Counted from the stretch's first letter, positions 47,054 to 55,430 are shown. The stretch: DNA of 64,000 nt from Acidobacteriota bacterium (GCA_003224855.1 QHZY01000011.1:2602-66601), one strand, 5' to 3'. Translations and numbers: made by a program. Notes: a model not told the origin generated them from the letters alone.

Positions 47054-47944
47054 ATGCCGCGAAATGTGCGCTGTGGCCTGATTCAGGCCCAAAACGTGCT
47101 CGGTCCCGATCACTCGCTCACGGAAATAAAAGAAGCCATGATGCGCAAGCATCTGGAACTTATTGAACAGGCGGCGAAACAGAAAGTGCAACTGCTTGGC
47201 CTGCAGGAACTTTTTTACGGGCCATATTTTTGTGCCGAGCAGGATATCCGTTGGTACGAGCTCACCGAGTCCGTTCCGAACGGACCGACCACCAAACTGA
47301 TGCAGGAAGTGGCGGCCCGCCACAACATGGCGCTGGTTGTGCCGGTATATGAACAGCAGCTTCCGGGACTCTACTTCAATACTGCAGCGGTAATTGATTC
47401 AGACGGGCGTTATCTCGGGAAGTACCGCAAACACCACATCCCGCACTGCCATCCTGGTTTTTGGGAGAAATTTTATTTCACGCCGGGTGATCTGGGATAT
47501 CCGGTTTTCCAAACCAGGTTTGCCAAGGTTGGGGTTTACATCTGCTACGACCGGCATTTTCCGGAAGGCGCGCGTGCTCTCGGATTGAACGGCGCGGAGG
47601 TGGTCTTCAATCCTTCGGCCACCGTAGCCGGCCTTTCAGAGTATTTGTGGGAGCTGGAGCAGCCGGCGCACGCGGTGGCCAACCAGTATTTCATCGCCGC
47701 TATCAACCGGGTGGGCGAAGAAAAGCCGTGGAACATCGGGCACTTCTATGGCAAGAGCTATTTCTGCAATCCGCGCGGTAAGATCATCGCGCAGGCCAGC
47801 CGTGACAAGGATGAAGTCCTGGTGGCTGATCTAGACCTTGACATGATTCTGGAAGTCAGGAAGGTCTGGCAATTTTTCCGAGACCGGCGTCCGGAAAGCT
47901 ACGGGGTTCTCACCGCCCAGAGCGGCAATGCAGCCGCCGACTAG
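47054..47944 (+). CDS. carbon-nitrogen hydrolase, beta-ureidopropionase / N-carbamoyl-amino-acid amidohydrolase type
   Basis: Nitrilase-superfamily Glu-Lys-Cys triad context (LQELF; YRKHHIP; GVYICYDRHFPE). Confidence 0.8.
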   Translation: MPRNVRCGLIQAQNVLGPDHSLTEIKEAMMRKHLELIEQAAKQKVQLLGLQELFYGPYFCAEQDIRWYELTESVPNGPTTKLMQEVAARHNMALVVPVYEQQLPGLYFNTAAVIDSDGRYLGKYRKHHIPHCHPGFWEKFYFTPGDLGYPVFQTRFAKVGVYICYDRHFPEGARALGLNGAEVVFNPSATVAGLSEYLWELEQPAHAVANQYFIAAINRVGEEKPWNIGHFYGKSYFCNPRGKIIAQASRDKDEVLVADLDLDMILEVRKVWQFFRDRRPESYGVLTAQSGNAAAD

Positions 47945-48009
47945 ATGGTTTTGAAAGGGTATGCCTTGAGCCGTACCGCAAGCAGCTGATCAAATTCCGG
48001 GCTGTTCCT

Positions 48010-49326
48010 ATGCAAAAAGACGAAATCATTCGCAAATACAAACAATATCTCTTCCCGTCGGTCTCAACGTACTTCTCTGATCCCCTGGTCACCGATCACG
48101 CCAGCATGCAGTACCTGTGGGATGCTGACGGCAAGCAGTATCTGGATTTCTTCGGCGGCATCGTGACCATTTCCGCCGGCCATGCCAATCCGCGGATCAC
48201 CTCCAAGATCAAAGCTCAGATCGACAAGCTGCAGCACGCTTCGACTCTATTCCCAAACGAAGCCATTGTCGCGCTGGCGGAAAAACTGGCCACTATCACT
48301 CCCGGCGAAATCAGCCAGAGCTACTTCACCAACAGCGGCACGGAAGCCAATGAGACTGCGATTCAGCTGGTCCGCATGCACACCGGGCAGTTTGAAATTG
48401 TGGCTTTACGCCACGGCTACAGCGGCCGTTCGCAATTGGCACAGTCGCTTACCGGACAGAACACCTGGCGGCAGTCGCTGCCCGGCAGCTTCGGCGTAGT
48501 GCATGCGATGAACCCTTACTGCTATCGCTGCCCGTTCGGCAAGACCTATCCGGATTGTGGCATTGCCTGCGCCAACGATGTGGAAGCAGTGATTCAGACC
48601 ACTACATCCGGCCGCATCGCCGGCTTCATTGCGGAGCCGATTCAGGGCTTAGGGGGCTTTATCACTCCGCCGCCCGAGTATTTCAAAATTGTTTTCAACA
48701 TCGTTAAAAAATATGGCGGAGATTACATTTCCGACGAAGTGCAAACCGGCTGGGGACGCACCGGCCGCAAATGGTTCGGGATCGAGCACTGGGAGGTGAC
48801 GCCGGACGTCATCACCGCTGCAAAAGGGTTGGGCAACGGCGTTCCGGTTGGAGCCACAATGACTCGACCCGAGATTGCTGCCAGCTTTCGCGGATTGCAA
48901 ATTAGCACTTTCGGCGGCAATCCAGTAACCTCGGTCGCGGCCAAGGCAACGATCGATCTTATCGAGGAAGATAACCTGCTCGAAAATGCAGAAGTTGCAG
49001 GCCGGCATTTCCGCGAAGGCCTTGAAGATCTCCAGAAGAAATACGACTTCATCGGCGATGTCCGCGGGAAAGGCTTGATGCAGGCCATGGAACTGGTAAA
49101 GGATCGCAAGTCGAAGGAACCCGCGCCTCAGCTGACGACCGAACTGATGGAGCAGGCCCGGCGTGCAGGGCTGCTGATCGGCAAGGGAGGGCTTTGGGGC
49201 AACGTAATCCGCATGTCACCGCCGCTGAACATTGCGAAATCGGATGTAGACGAAGCGATTCGCATGCTGGATATCTCGCTCGCTTCGGTGGAAGAGAAGA
49301 ATGCTGCTCTGACAGGTAAAGCCTGA
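48010..49326 (+). CDS. class-III (omega) aminotransferase, beta-alanine/GABA-aminotransferase-like
   Basis: TNSGTEANE, the DEVQTGWGRTG motif, and a PLP-Lys region (ITAAKGLGNG). Confidence 0.85.
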   Translation: MQKDEIIRKYKQYLFPSVSTYFSDPLVTDHASMQYLWDADGKQYLDFFGGIVTISAGHANPRITSKIKAQIDKLQHASTLFPNEAIVALAEKLATITPGEISQSYFTNSGTEANETAIQLVRMHTGQFEIVALRHGYSGRSQLAQSLTGQNTWRQSLPGSFGVVHAMNPYCYRCPFGKTYPDCGIACANDVEAVIQTTTSGRIAGFIAEPIQGLGGFITPPPEYFKIVFNIVKKYGGDYISDEVQTGWGRTGRKWFGIEHWEVTPDVITAAKGLGNGVPVGATMTRPEIAASFRGLQISTFGGNPVTSVAAKATIDLIEEDNLLENAEVAGRHFREGLEDLQKKYDFIGDVRGKGLMQAMELVKDRKSKEPAPQLTTELMEQARRAGLLIGKGGLWGNVIRMSPPLNIAKSDVDEAIRMLDISLASVEEKNAALTGKA

Positions 49327-50792
49327 TGGGCGCCAGCGCCACGCGCAACATCGAATCCAGTCCCCTATACAATCACGATCTCGCTCCTACGGCTACGCCA
49401 TCTCAGGCCGCCACTACCCACCGCATCGCTCGCACCTGGGGCACTTACAACTATGCCGCTCTGTGGATCTCAATGTCGGTCAACATTCTGACTTACATGC
49501 TGGCTGCAAGCCTGATTCAGGGCGGGATGGACTGGAAACAGGCGGTTTTCACAGTTTTCCTTGGGAATTCGATCGTACTTGTTCCCATGCTGTTGAACTC
49601 TCATCCAGGCGCTCGCTACGGAGTTCCTTTCCCTGTGCTGGCGCGCGCTTCATTTGGAGTGCTGGGCGCAAATGTCGCAGCCGTGCTGCGCGCATTGGTC
49701 GCCTGCGGCTGGTTCGGAATTCAAACCTGGATCGGCGGCGAAGCAGTGAACGTGTTGCTCTCCACTGTGTGGCCTGGCTGGGGACGTGTGCCTCATGGCG
49801 CTGGGATATGTTTCCTCTTGTTCTGGCTCATCAATCTCGCAGTCATCCTTAAAGGGATTGACTACATTCGTTTCCTGCAGGGCATCAGCGCGCCTATTCT
49901 CCTGGCCGTGGGCCTGGTGTTGCTGGGATGGGCTTACGTGAATGCCGGGGGTTTTGGGCCCATGCTTTCCGCACGCTCGCGCTTCAACACCACCTCAGAG
50001 TTTCTGAGATTTCTGATTCCCGCGCTGAATGCCACGGTAGGTTTCTGGGCGACTGTTTCCCTCAATATTCCCGACTTCACTCGTTTTGCGCGTGACCAGC
50101 GATCGCAGATGATCGGGCAAGCTGTTGCGCTGCCACCAACCATGACGCTGTATTCGTTCATTGGCGTGGCCGTGACTTCAGCCACGGTGGTGATCTACGG
50201 ATCAGCGATCTGGGACCCCGTGCAGCTTCTCAGCCGCTTCCGTTCTCCGGTCGCGATTGTTGTTTCTTTGATCGCAATCCTGCTCGCTACCTTAAACGTA
50301 AATATCGGCGCCAACGTGGTCTCGCCCGCGAACGACTTCTCAAATCTGTGGCCGAGGAAGATCAACTTCAAGCTGGGTGGCGTGATCACCTGTTTCATGG
50401 GTATTGCAATCATGCCCTGGAAGCTGCTCTCCAGCTACAAAACCTTCATCTTTGGCTGGCTGGGAGGTTATGCGGCTTTTCTCGGTCCGATCGCGGGGAT
50501 CATGATCTGCGACTACTACCTGATCCGCAAACGTGTGCTGTCGGTGGACGATCTTTATCTGCGCGGCGGCGCATACGAATACTCCGGCGGGTTCAACTGG
50601 AAAGCGATTGCTGCGCTCGGACTTGGGGCCGCGGCAGCGTTGATTGGACTGGTCGTTCCTTCAGTCCGATTTCTGTACGACTATTCCTGGTTTGTCGGAT
50701 TCGTGATGTCTTTCTTCAGCTATTTAGTCCTGATGAGCGGAACCAAGGTTCCGGTTCACGAAGCTGCTCTCGAGGCCCCGGTTCGGAATTGA
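49326..50792 (+). CDS. NCS1-family nucleobase/hydantoin:cation symporter
   Basis: 12-TM protein with an NCS1-like N-terminus (NHDLAPT...RTWGTYNYAALWISMSVNI). Its start overlaps the aminotransferase stop (TGATG). Confidence 0.85.
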   Translation: MGASATRNIESSPLYNHDLAPTATPSQAATTHRIARTWGTYNYAALWISMSVNILTYMLAASLIQGGMDWKQAVFTVFLGNSIVLVPMLLNSHPGARYGVPFPVLARASFGVLGANVAAVLRALVACGWFGIQTWIGGEAVNVLLSTVWPGWGRVPHGAGICFLLFWLINLAVILKGIDYIRFLQGISAPILLAVGLVLLGWAYVNAGGFGPMLSARSRFNTTSEFLRFLIPALNATVGFWATVSLNIPDFTRFARDQRSQMIGQAVALPPTMTLYSFIGVAVTSATVVIYGSAIWDPVQLLSRFRSPVAIVVSLIAILLATLNVNIGANVVSPANDFSNLWPRKINFKLGGVITCFMGIAIMPWKLLSSYKTFIFGWLGGYAAFLGPIAGIMICDYYLIRKRVLSVDDLYLRGGAYEYSGGFNWKAIAALGLGAAAALIGLVVPSVRFLYDYSWFVGFVMSFFSYLVLMSGTKVPVHEAALEAPVRN

Positions 50793-51769
50793 GGCAGTAC
50801 TTCCTTCCCATAAACTTGCAGCGTTTCCTCTTCTTCCCCGCACATCAAATAGATGTTGAACTGAGTGACGCCCGCCTCAATCAGTCTATGAAGCTTTTCA
50901 CGATGTGCCTCGACCGGACCGACCAGGCAAAAGCGATCCACTACTTCATCCGACACAAAATCGGCGTTGTCGCTGCCGACCTCGCAATGGTGCTGGTAAT
51001 CATACTTCCCTCGATTCTGAACGTAGGAAGTCAGCGCCGGCGGCAGATCTTCAGGCTGGTATCGCGAGATCAGGTCCATGACATGGTTTGAGACCAGCGC
51101 AGGAAACCAGCGCACATGCTCGCGCGATTCAGCAACATCGTCCGCCACCCAAACCGGCGCCGCCGCCATGATTTCAATGGATTTGAAATCGCGCCCCGCC
51201 TGCTTTGCGCCTTCTTTCACGAATCCTACGCACCAGGCGATCAGGTCAGGATCGGCAAATTGAAGAATCACTCCGTCCGCGATCCTGCCGGCCATATTGA
51301 GCACTTTTGGCCCATAGCCCGCAATCCATACGGGCGGCGAACCCTTGGCCCAGGTCAACCGGGTGGCCTGCCCGTCATACTGGATTTCCCGCCCGGCAGT
51401 AAGCTCGCGGAATTGCCGGATCGATTCTTCGAGCTGCGCCGGCGTTACCGGCTTTTTGCCGAGAACTCTTCGCGAGCTGTCGCCACGCCCGATACCGAGC
51501 ACCATCCGGCCGCCCGAGATCAGGTTCATGGTGGCAAACAGGCTGGCCGCAACCGTGATGTCACGCACCGCGGGGTTGGTTACGCACGGTCCCAGCTTCA
51601 TCTTTTTCGTTCGCGAGGCCATCAGCGTCAGCAGCGGGTAGGGCTCTTTCCATAACACATGCGAATCAAACATCCAGCCGTACTCGAAACCGGCGTTCTC
51701 CGCCTGCTCGGTCAGCCTCAGAATCCGGTCAACTTCAAGGTCAGGTTTGATTGTGATTCCAAATTTCAC
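50756..51769 (-). CDS. luciferase-like monooxygenase (LLM) family oxidoreductase, Mer/F420-dependent-like subfamily
   Basis: MKFGITIKPD... TIM-barrel LLM pattern (FEYGWMFDSH, LGPCVTNP, GGRMVLGIGRGD, VWIAGYGPK). The 3' end overlaps the NCS1 3' end by 37 nt (convergent). Confidence 0.8.
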   Translation of the reverse strand: MKFGITIKPDLEVDRILRLTEQAENAGFEYGWMFDSHVLWKEPYPLLTLMASRTKKMKLGPCVTNPAVRDITVAASLFATMNLISGGRMVLGIGRGDSSRRVLGKKPVTPAQLEESIRQFRELTAGREIQYDGQATRLTWAKGSPPVWIAGYGPKVLNMAGRIADGVILQFADPDLIAWCVGFVKEGAKQAGRDFKSIEIMAAAPVWVADDVAESREHVRWFPALVSNHVMDLISRYQPEDLPPALTSYVQNRGKYDYQHHCEVGSDNADFVSDEVVDRFCLVGPVEAHREKLHRLIEAGVTQFNIYLMCGEEEETLQVYGKEVLPQFRTGASRAAS

Positions 51770-51890
51770 GGGGCCTCCCGAAGAACGCGGATTCTAGCAT
51801 AGAATACTTTCCGCTTCGCCCGATGACCCAGCAAACAACGGAGGGCGGGCGTCCTCGCCCGGCGAGCCCCACAAGCGAAATGGAGAGTGC

Positions 51891-53273
51891 ATGGCCTTTG
51901 ACACCATCATCACCGGCGGCATGGTCGCAACTGCCAGCGATACTTACCAGGCCGACGTCGCAATTGAGGGCGATCAGGTCGTAGCGCTGGGTCGAAACCT
52001 GCCCCGCGACAATGCGAAACGGATAATTGAGGCCTCGGGTAAGTACGTCATCCCCGGAGGAATAGATGTACATACTCACCTCGACATGCCTTTTGGCGGA
52101 ACTACCAGCGCCGACGATTTCGAAACCGGCACTCGCGCCGCTGCATTCGGCGGCACGACCACGCTGATCGATTTTGCGATTCAATACAAAGGCCAAACCC
52201 TCCGCACCGCATTCGATACATGGATGAACAAGGCCGCTTCAAAAGCCTGCACGGATTACGCCTTCCATTGCATCGTTACCGATCTGCCGGATGCGCAACT
52301 TCAGGAAATGCCGCAGCTTGTGCGCGAGGGGGTCACCAGCTTCAAGCTGTTTATGGCCTATCCCGGCGTATTCATGCTGGATGATGCCAGCATCTTCAAA
52401 GCTTTGCGTTCGTCGGCAAAAACCGGGGCCATGGTCTGCATGCATGCCGAGAACGGAGGCGCCATCGACGTCATCGTTCAACAGGCGCTCGCCGAAGGCA
52501 AAACCGCCCCGAAATACCACGCTTTGACTCGTCCGACGACGGCCGAAGCCGAAGCCGTTGCTCGCGCAATCGCCCTCGCCGAAATGGCGGGCGCGCCCAT
52601 CTACATCGTTCACCTCAGCTGCAATGAGGCTCTAGAGAAAGTCCGGGAAGCGCGCGACCGCGGATTGCCTGTGTATGCAGAGACTTGCCCGCAATACCTA
52701 TATCTTTCACTGGACAATTTTGATGTGCCGGGGTTTGAAGGCGCAAAGTATGTTTTCACCCCTCCATTACGCGAAAAGTGGCACCAGGAAAAGCTTTGGA
52801 ATGGGCTGAAACACGACCACTTACAGGTGGTATCGACCGACCATTGTCCATTCTGCTTCAAAGATCAGAAGCAACTCGGGGTTGGTGATTTCACGAAAAT
52901 TCCGAACGGCGGTCCGGGCGTGGAGCACCGATTGAGCCTGATTTTTTCTGGCGGAGTGGTAGGTAAACGGTTCAGCATCAATCGTTTCGTGGAACTGGTC
53001 TCAACTACACCGGCAAAATTATTCGGACTTTATCCGCGCAAGGGAACGATCGCCGTTGGAAGCGACGCCGATCTGGTAATTTTCGACCCCAGGCGCGAGC
53101 ACACCATAAGTGCCAAAACGCACCACATGCGCGTGGACTACTCGATGTTTGAGGGAATCAAGGTGACTGGAACGCCCGACGTCGTCTTGTCGCGGGGACG
53201 CGTGATCGTGGCGAACGGAGAGTTCCAGGGCCGGCCAGGGCAGGGCGAGTTCATTAAACGCGCGACTCAATAA
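51891..53273 (+). CDS. dihydropyrimidinase / D-hydantoinase
   Basis: Cyclic amidohydrolase signatures: GGIDVHTHLDMPFGGT, the carboxylated-Lys region SFKLFMAY, HAENG, VHLS, and TDHCPF. Confidence 0.85.
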   Translation: MAFDTIITGGMVATASDTYQADVAIEGDQVVALGRNLPRDNAKRIIEASGKYVIPGGIDVHTHLDMPFGGTTSADDFETGTRAAAFGGTTTLIDFAIQYKGQTLRTAFDTWMNKAASKACTDYAFHCIVTDLPDAQLQEMPQLVREGVTSFKLFMAYPGVFMLDDASIFKALRSSAKTGAMVCMHAENGGAIDVIVQQALAEGKTAPKYHALTRPTTAEAEAVARAIALAEMAGAPIYIVHLSCNEALEKVREARDRGLPVYAETCPQYLYLSLDNFDVPGFEGAKYVFTPPLREKWHQEKLWNGLKHDHLQVVSTDHCPFCFKDQKQLGVGDFTKIPNGGPGVEHRLSLIFSGGVVGKRFSINRFVELVSTTPAKLFGLYPRKGTIAVGSDADLVIFDPRREHTISAKTHHMRVDYSMFEGIKVTGTPDVVLSRGRVIVANGEFQGRPGQGEFIKRATQ

Positions 53274-53286
53274 ACGCGCGACTCAA
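53255..53286 (+). repeat. perfect 16-bp tandem duplication (TAAACGCGCGACTCAA x2) at the dihydropyrimidinase stop codon
   Basis: Read directly. The stop TAA (53271-53273) is the first three bases of the second copy. Confidence 0.9.
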
Positions 53287-53447
53287 TCCTGAGACATGGT
53301 CTCTCACACGTTTACAGGAACAGTTTAAGCAACCTACAGAATCCGCTGGATTTGCAACTCCCGGCAGATAACGTATTCAGGAAGTGAATCCTCCTTGTGA
53401 CCCGAGGGCGGATGCCGAGATTCTAACGAATTAAGGCGTCCGCCTTT

Positions 53448-54104
53448 TTATGCGGCTTTGGGAATGCGGCGCATAATCTGCGCCACTTTGGCCAGGTCAG
53501 AGACGAACAGCTGTTTCTGGGCTTTGCGGGCATCGGAGTCGATTGCCCTGAGTATGGAGGAAGGATGAACGGTGGCCATGACATGCCTCGCCAGGGGCGA
53601 CTCGATCCAGCGACCGCGTTGACGCATAACGCTAAATTCTCTCCCCAGTAGCGCTTGTGCGGCAGTTGCCCCCAGGCACACCAGAACATCGGGTTTCAAA
53701 GCCGAAAGTTCAGAATCGAGCCAAGGCCGGCAGGCTGCAATTTCCGAATAGCTCGGTTTCTTGTGGATTCTTCTTTTTCCCCGTGCATCCGGCACCCATT
53801 TGAAATGCTTGACCGCATTGGTGACATAGACGAGTTTGCGATCGATACCGGCCGCTTCCAATGCTTCATCAAGCAGCCTGCCTGCGGGGCCGACGAAAGG
53901 GCGTCCACTGAGATCTTCGCGATCACCGGGCTGTTCGCCAACAAACACAATTCGAGCATCTGGCGACCCTTCTCCAAATACGGTTTGTGTAGCATTCTTC
54001 CACAGGTCGCATGCCTTGCAGGTGCGGGCGGCAGCCGCAAGACTTTTCAGGTCACTGACTGGAGAACTGATCAGCGTTGGCGGGGACAATGTTGTGCGTG
54101 CCAT
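53448..54104 (-). CDS. udgX: UdgX-type family-4 uracil-DNA glycosylase (covalent uracil-DNA binding protein)
   Basis: GEQPGDRED (motif A with Gln), FVGPAG, HPSSILR (motif B), the diagnostic loop GKRRIHKKP (KRRIH encoded at 53763-53777), and Cys residues compatible with a 4Fe-4S cluster. Confidence 0.8.
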   Translation of the reverse strand: MARTTLSPPTLISSPVSDLKSLAAAARTCKACDLWKNATQTVFGEGSPDARIVFVGEQPGDREDLSGRPFVGPAGRLLDEALEAAGIDRKLVYVTNAVKHFKWVPDARGKRRIHKKPSYSEIAACRPWLDSELSALKPDVLVCLGATAAQALLGREFSVMRQRGRWIESPLARHVMATVHPSSILRAIDSDARKAQKQLFVSDLAKVAQIMRRIPKAA

Positions 54105-54222
54105 AAGCTTTCAGATGTGTGGCGCCTCAGTGCCGGTATATTAAATTGGACCAAATACAGGAGTTACTGTATTGGAGACTCAGGAGGGTAGCGTGTAAAG
54201 TGCCTTCCGGGTAAGTGCAAGA

Positions 54223-54537
54223 ATGCTGGCTCATTGTGTGAATCCAGACTGCGTGCTTCCGCTCCGGTCCTTTTCCGAAGGGCGGCTCTTCCAGTTTGAG
54301 GTGGTATCCATTTCGGTGGCGGCTAATGATGCAACCACTGCGCCGTTTGACGAAAAACCACAGCGTCAGACATCACATTTCTGGTTGTGCGGCAGATGTG
54401 CGCAGCAAATGACGCTGCAACTGGATCCGGTCGCTGGCATGCGCGTGGTGCCTTGCGACTCGAACAATTTGGAACTTACGGATGACCTGGGCATTTCCTG
54501 CACCGATCACGACTCCAGGCCATCCAACAATTGCTAG
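54223..54537 (+). CDS. small Cys-rich (C-x4-C ... C-x2-C) hypothetical protein
   Basis: 104-aa ORF: MLAHCVNPDCVLPLRSFSEGRLFQFE...HFWLCGRCAQQ. The spacing fits a zinc-ribbon. It lies upstream of a response-regulator gene. Confidence 0.55.
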   Translation: MLAHCVNPDCVLPLRSFSEGRLFQFEVVSISVAANDATTAPFDEKPQRQTSHFWLCGRCAQQMTLQLDPVAGMRVVPCDSNNLELTDDLGISCTDHDSRPSNNC

Positions 54538-54749
54538 ACTGCTTCATGCAGACCATCAGAAAGTCGTTTCCTTCACTATTCGAATCAGAGGAACTTTGTT
54601 TCGCAACGGGATTGCGAGCTGACTTTCCCTCTCATTGTAATTATTACGCAGCCTTACGGGCTTCAGATGCAGGCTTTAAGCAGTTTCAGGGGGTCAGGTT
54701 TGGCACTGATTGTGCTCTGCTCAGAGCTGGCTGGACCAGGGAGGTGGGT

Positions 54750-55430
54750 ATGGCATTCCGAATATTTATCGCTGACGATCACGAGGTAGTCCGTAAAGGC
54801 TTATGCGCATTGCTGCAGGCGCAGCCCGATTGGCAAGTCATAGGTGAGGCCTCTGACGGGCGCGAAGCTGTGGAAAAAGCGCAGGAGCTGAAGCCCGACG
54901 TGGTGATTCTGGACATTGGGATGCCCAGTCTCAACGGCCTTGAGGCGACCCGGCAGATTCTGAAAACGAATCCCCAGGCACGCGTCCTGATTCTGACTCT
55001 GCATGACTCTGATCAGGTGGTCCGGGAAGTGCTAAATGCAGGCGCCAAGGGTTTTCTGTTGAAGTCGGACGCGGCACGTGATCTGGTGGCAGCGGTGGAG
55101 GCGCTTCGTCGCGACAAAACATATTTCACCTCCAAAGTCGCGGCTATGGTCCTGGAAGGCTATCTGAAGGGTGGTACGCAGTCCGGGCCAATCACAGTCG
55201 GCCGCAACCGGCTGACGCCACGCGAGCGAGAAATCGTGCAGTTGCTGGCGGAAGGCAAGAGCACCAAAGAAGTGGCGGTAGCTCTGGGCCTGAGCGTGAA
55301 AACCGCCGAGACCCACCGCTCTAACATCATGCGCAAGCTGCAGCTACATTCGGTGAGTGATCTGGTGCTTTACGCGGTCAGAAATAACATTGTGCACGTA
55401 GTTCAGGCGGGAATTGAAAACCCTCAATAG
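54750..55430 (+). CDS. NarL/FixJ-family response regulator (REC + LuxR-type HTH)
   Basis: GGGAGG precedes ATG 54750. REC domain (IFIADDHEVVR, VVILDIGMPSLNG) and LuxR HTH (LTPREREIVQLLAEGKSTKEVAVALGLSVKTAETHRSNIMRKL). The ORF-track extension from 54531 is not protein-like. Confidence 0.85.
   Translation: MAFRIFIADDHEVVRKGLCALLQAQPDWQVIGEASDGREAVEKAQELKPDVVILDIGMPSLNGLEATRQILKTNPQARVLILTLHDSDQVVREVLNAGAKGFLLKSDAARDLVAAVEALRRDKTYFTSKVAAMVLEGYLKGGTQSGPITVGRNRLTPREREIVQLLAEGKSTKEVAVALGLSVKTAETHRSNIMRKLQLHSVSDLVLYAVRNNIVHVVQAGIENPQ

Noticed and set aside
50348-51091. 247-aa plus-strand ORF
   Set aside because: It runs out of frame through the end of the NCS1 gene and antisense to the LLM oxidoreductase, with no protein-like features.
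54531-54749. N-terminal 73-aa extension of the response-regulator ORF
   Set aside because: The receiver domain begins at MAFRIFIADDHE, with a GGGAGG just upstream of ATG 54750. The extension overlaps the preceding gene's stop and has no REC-associated features.
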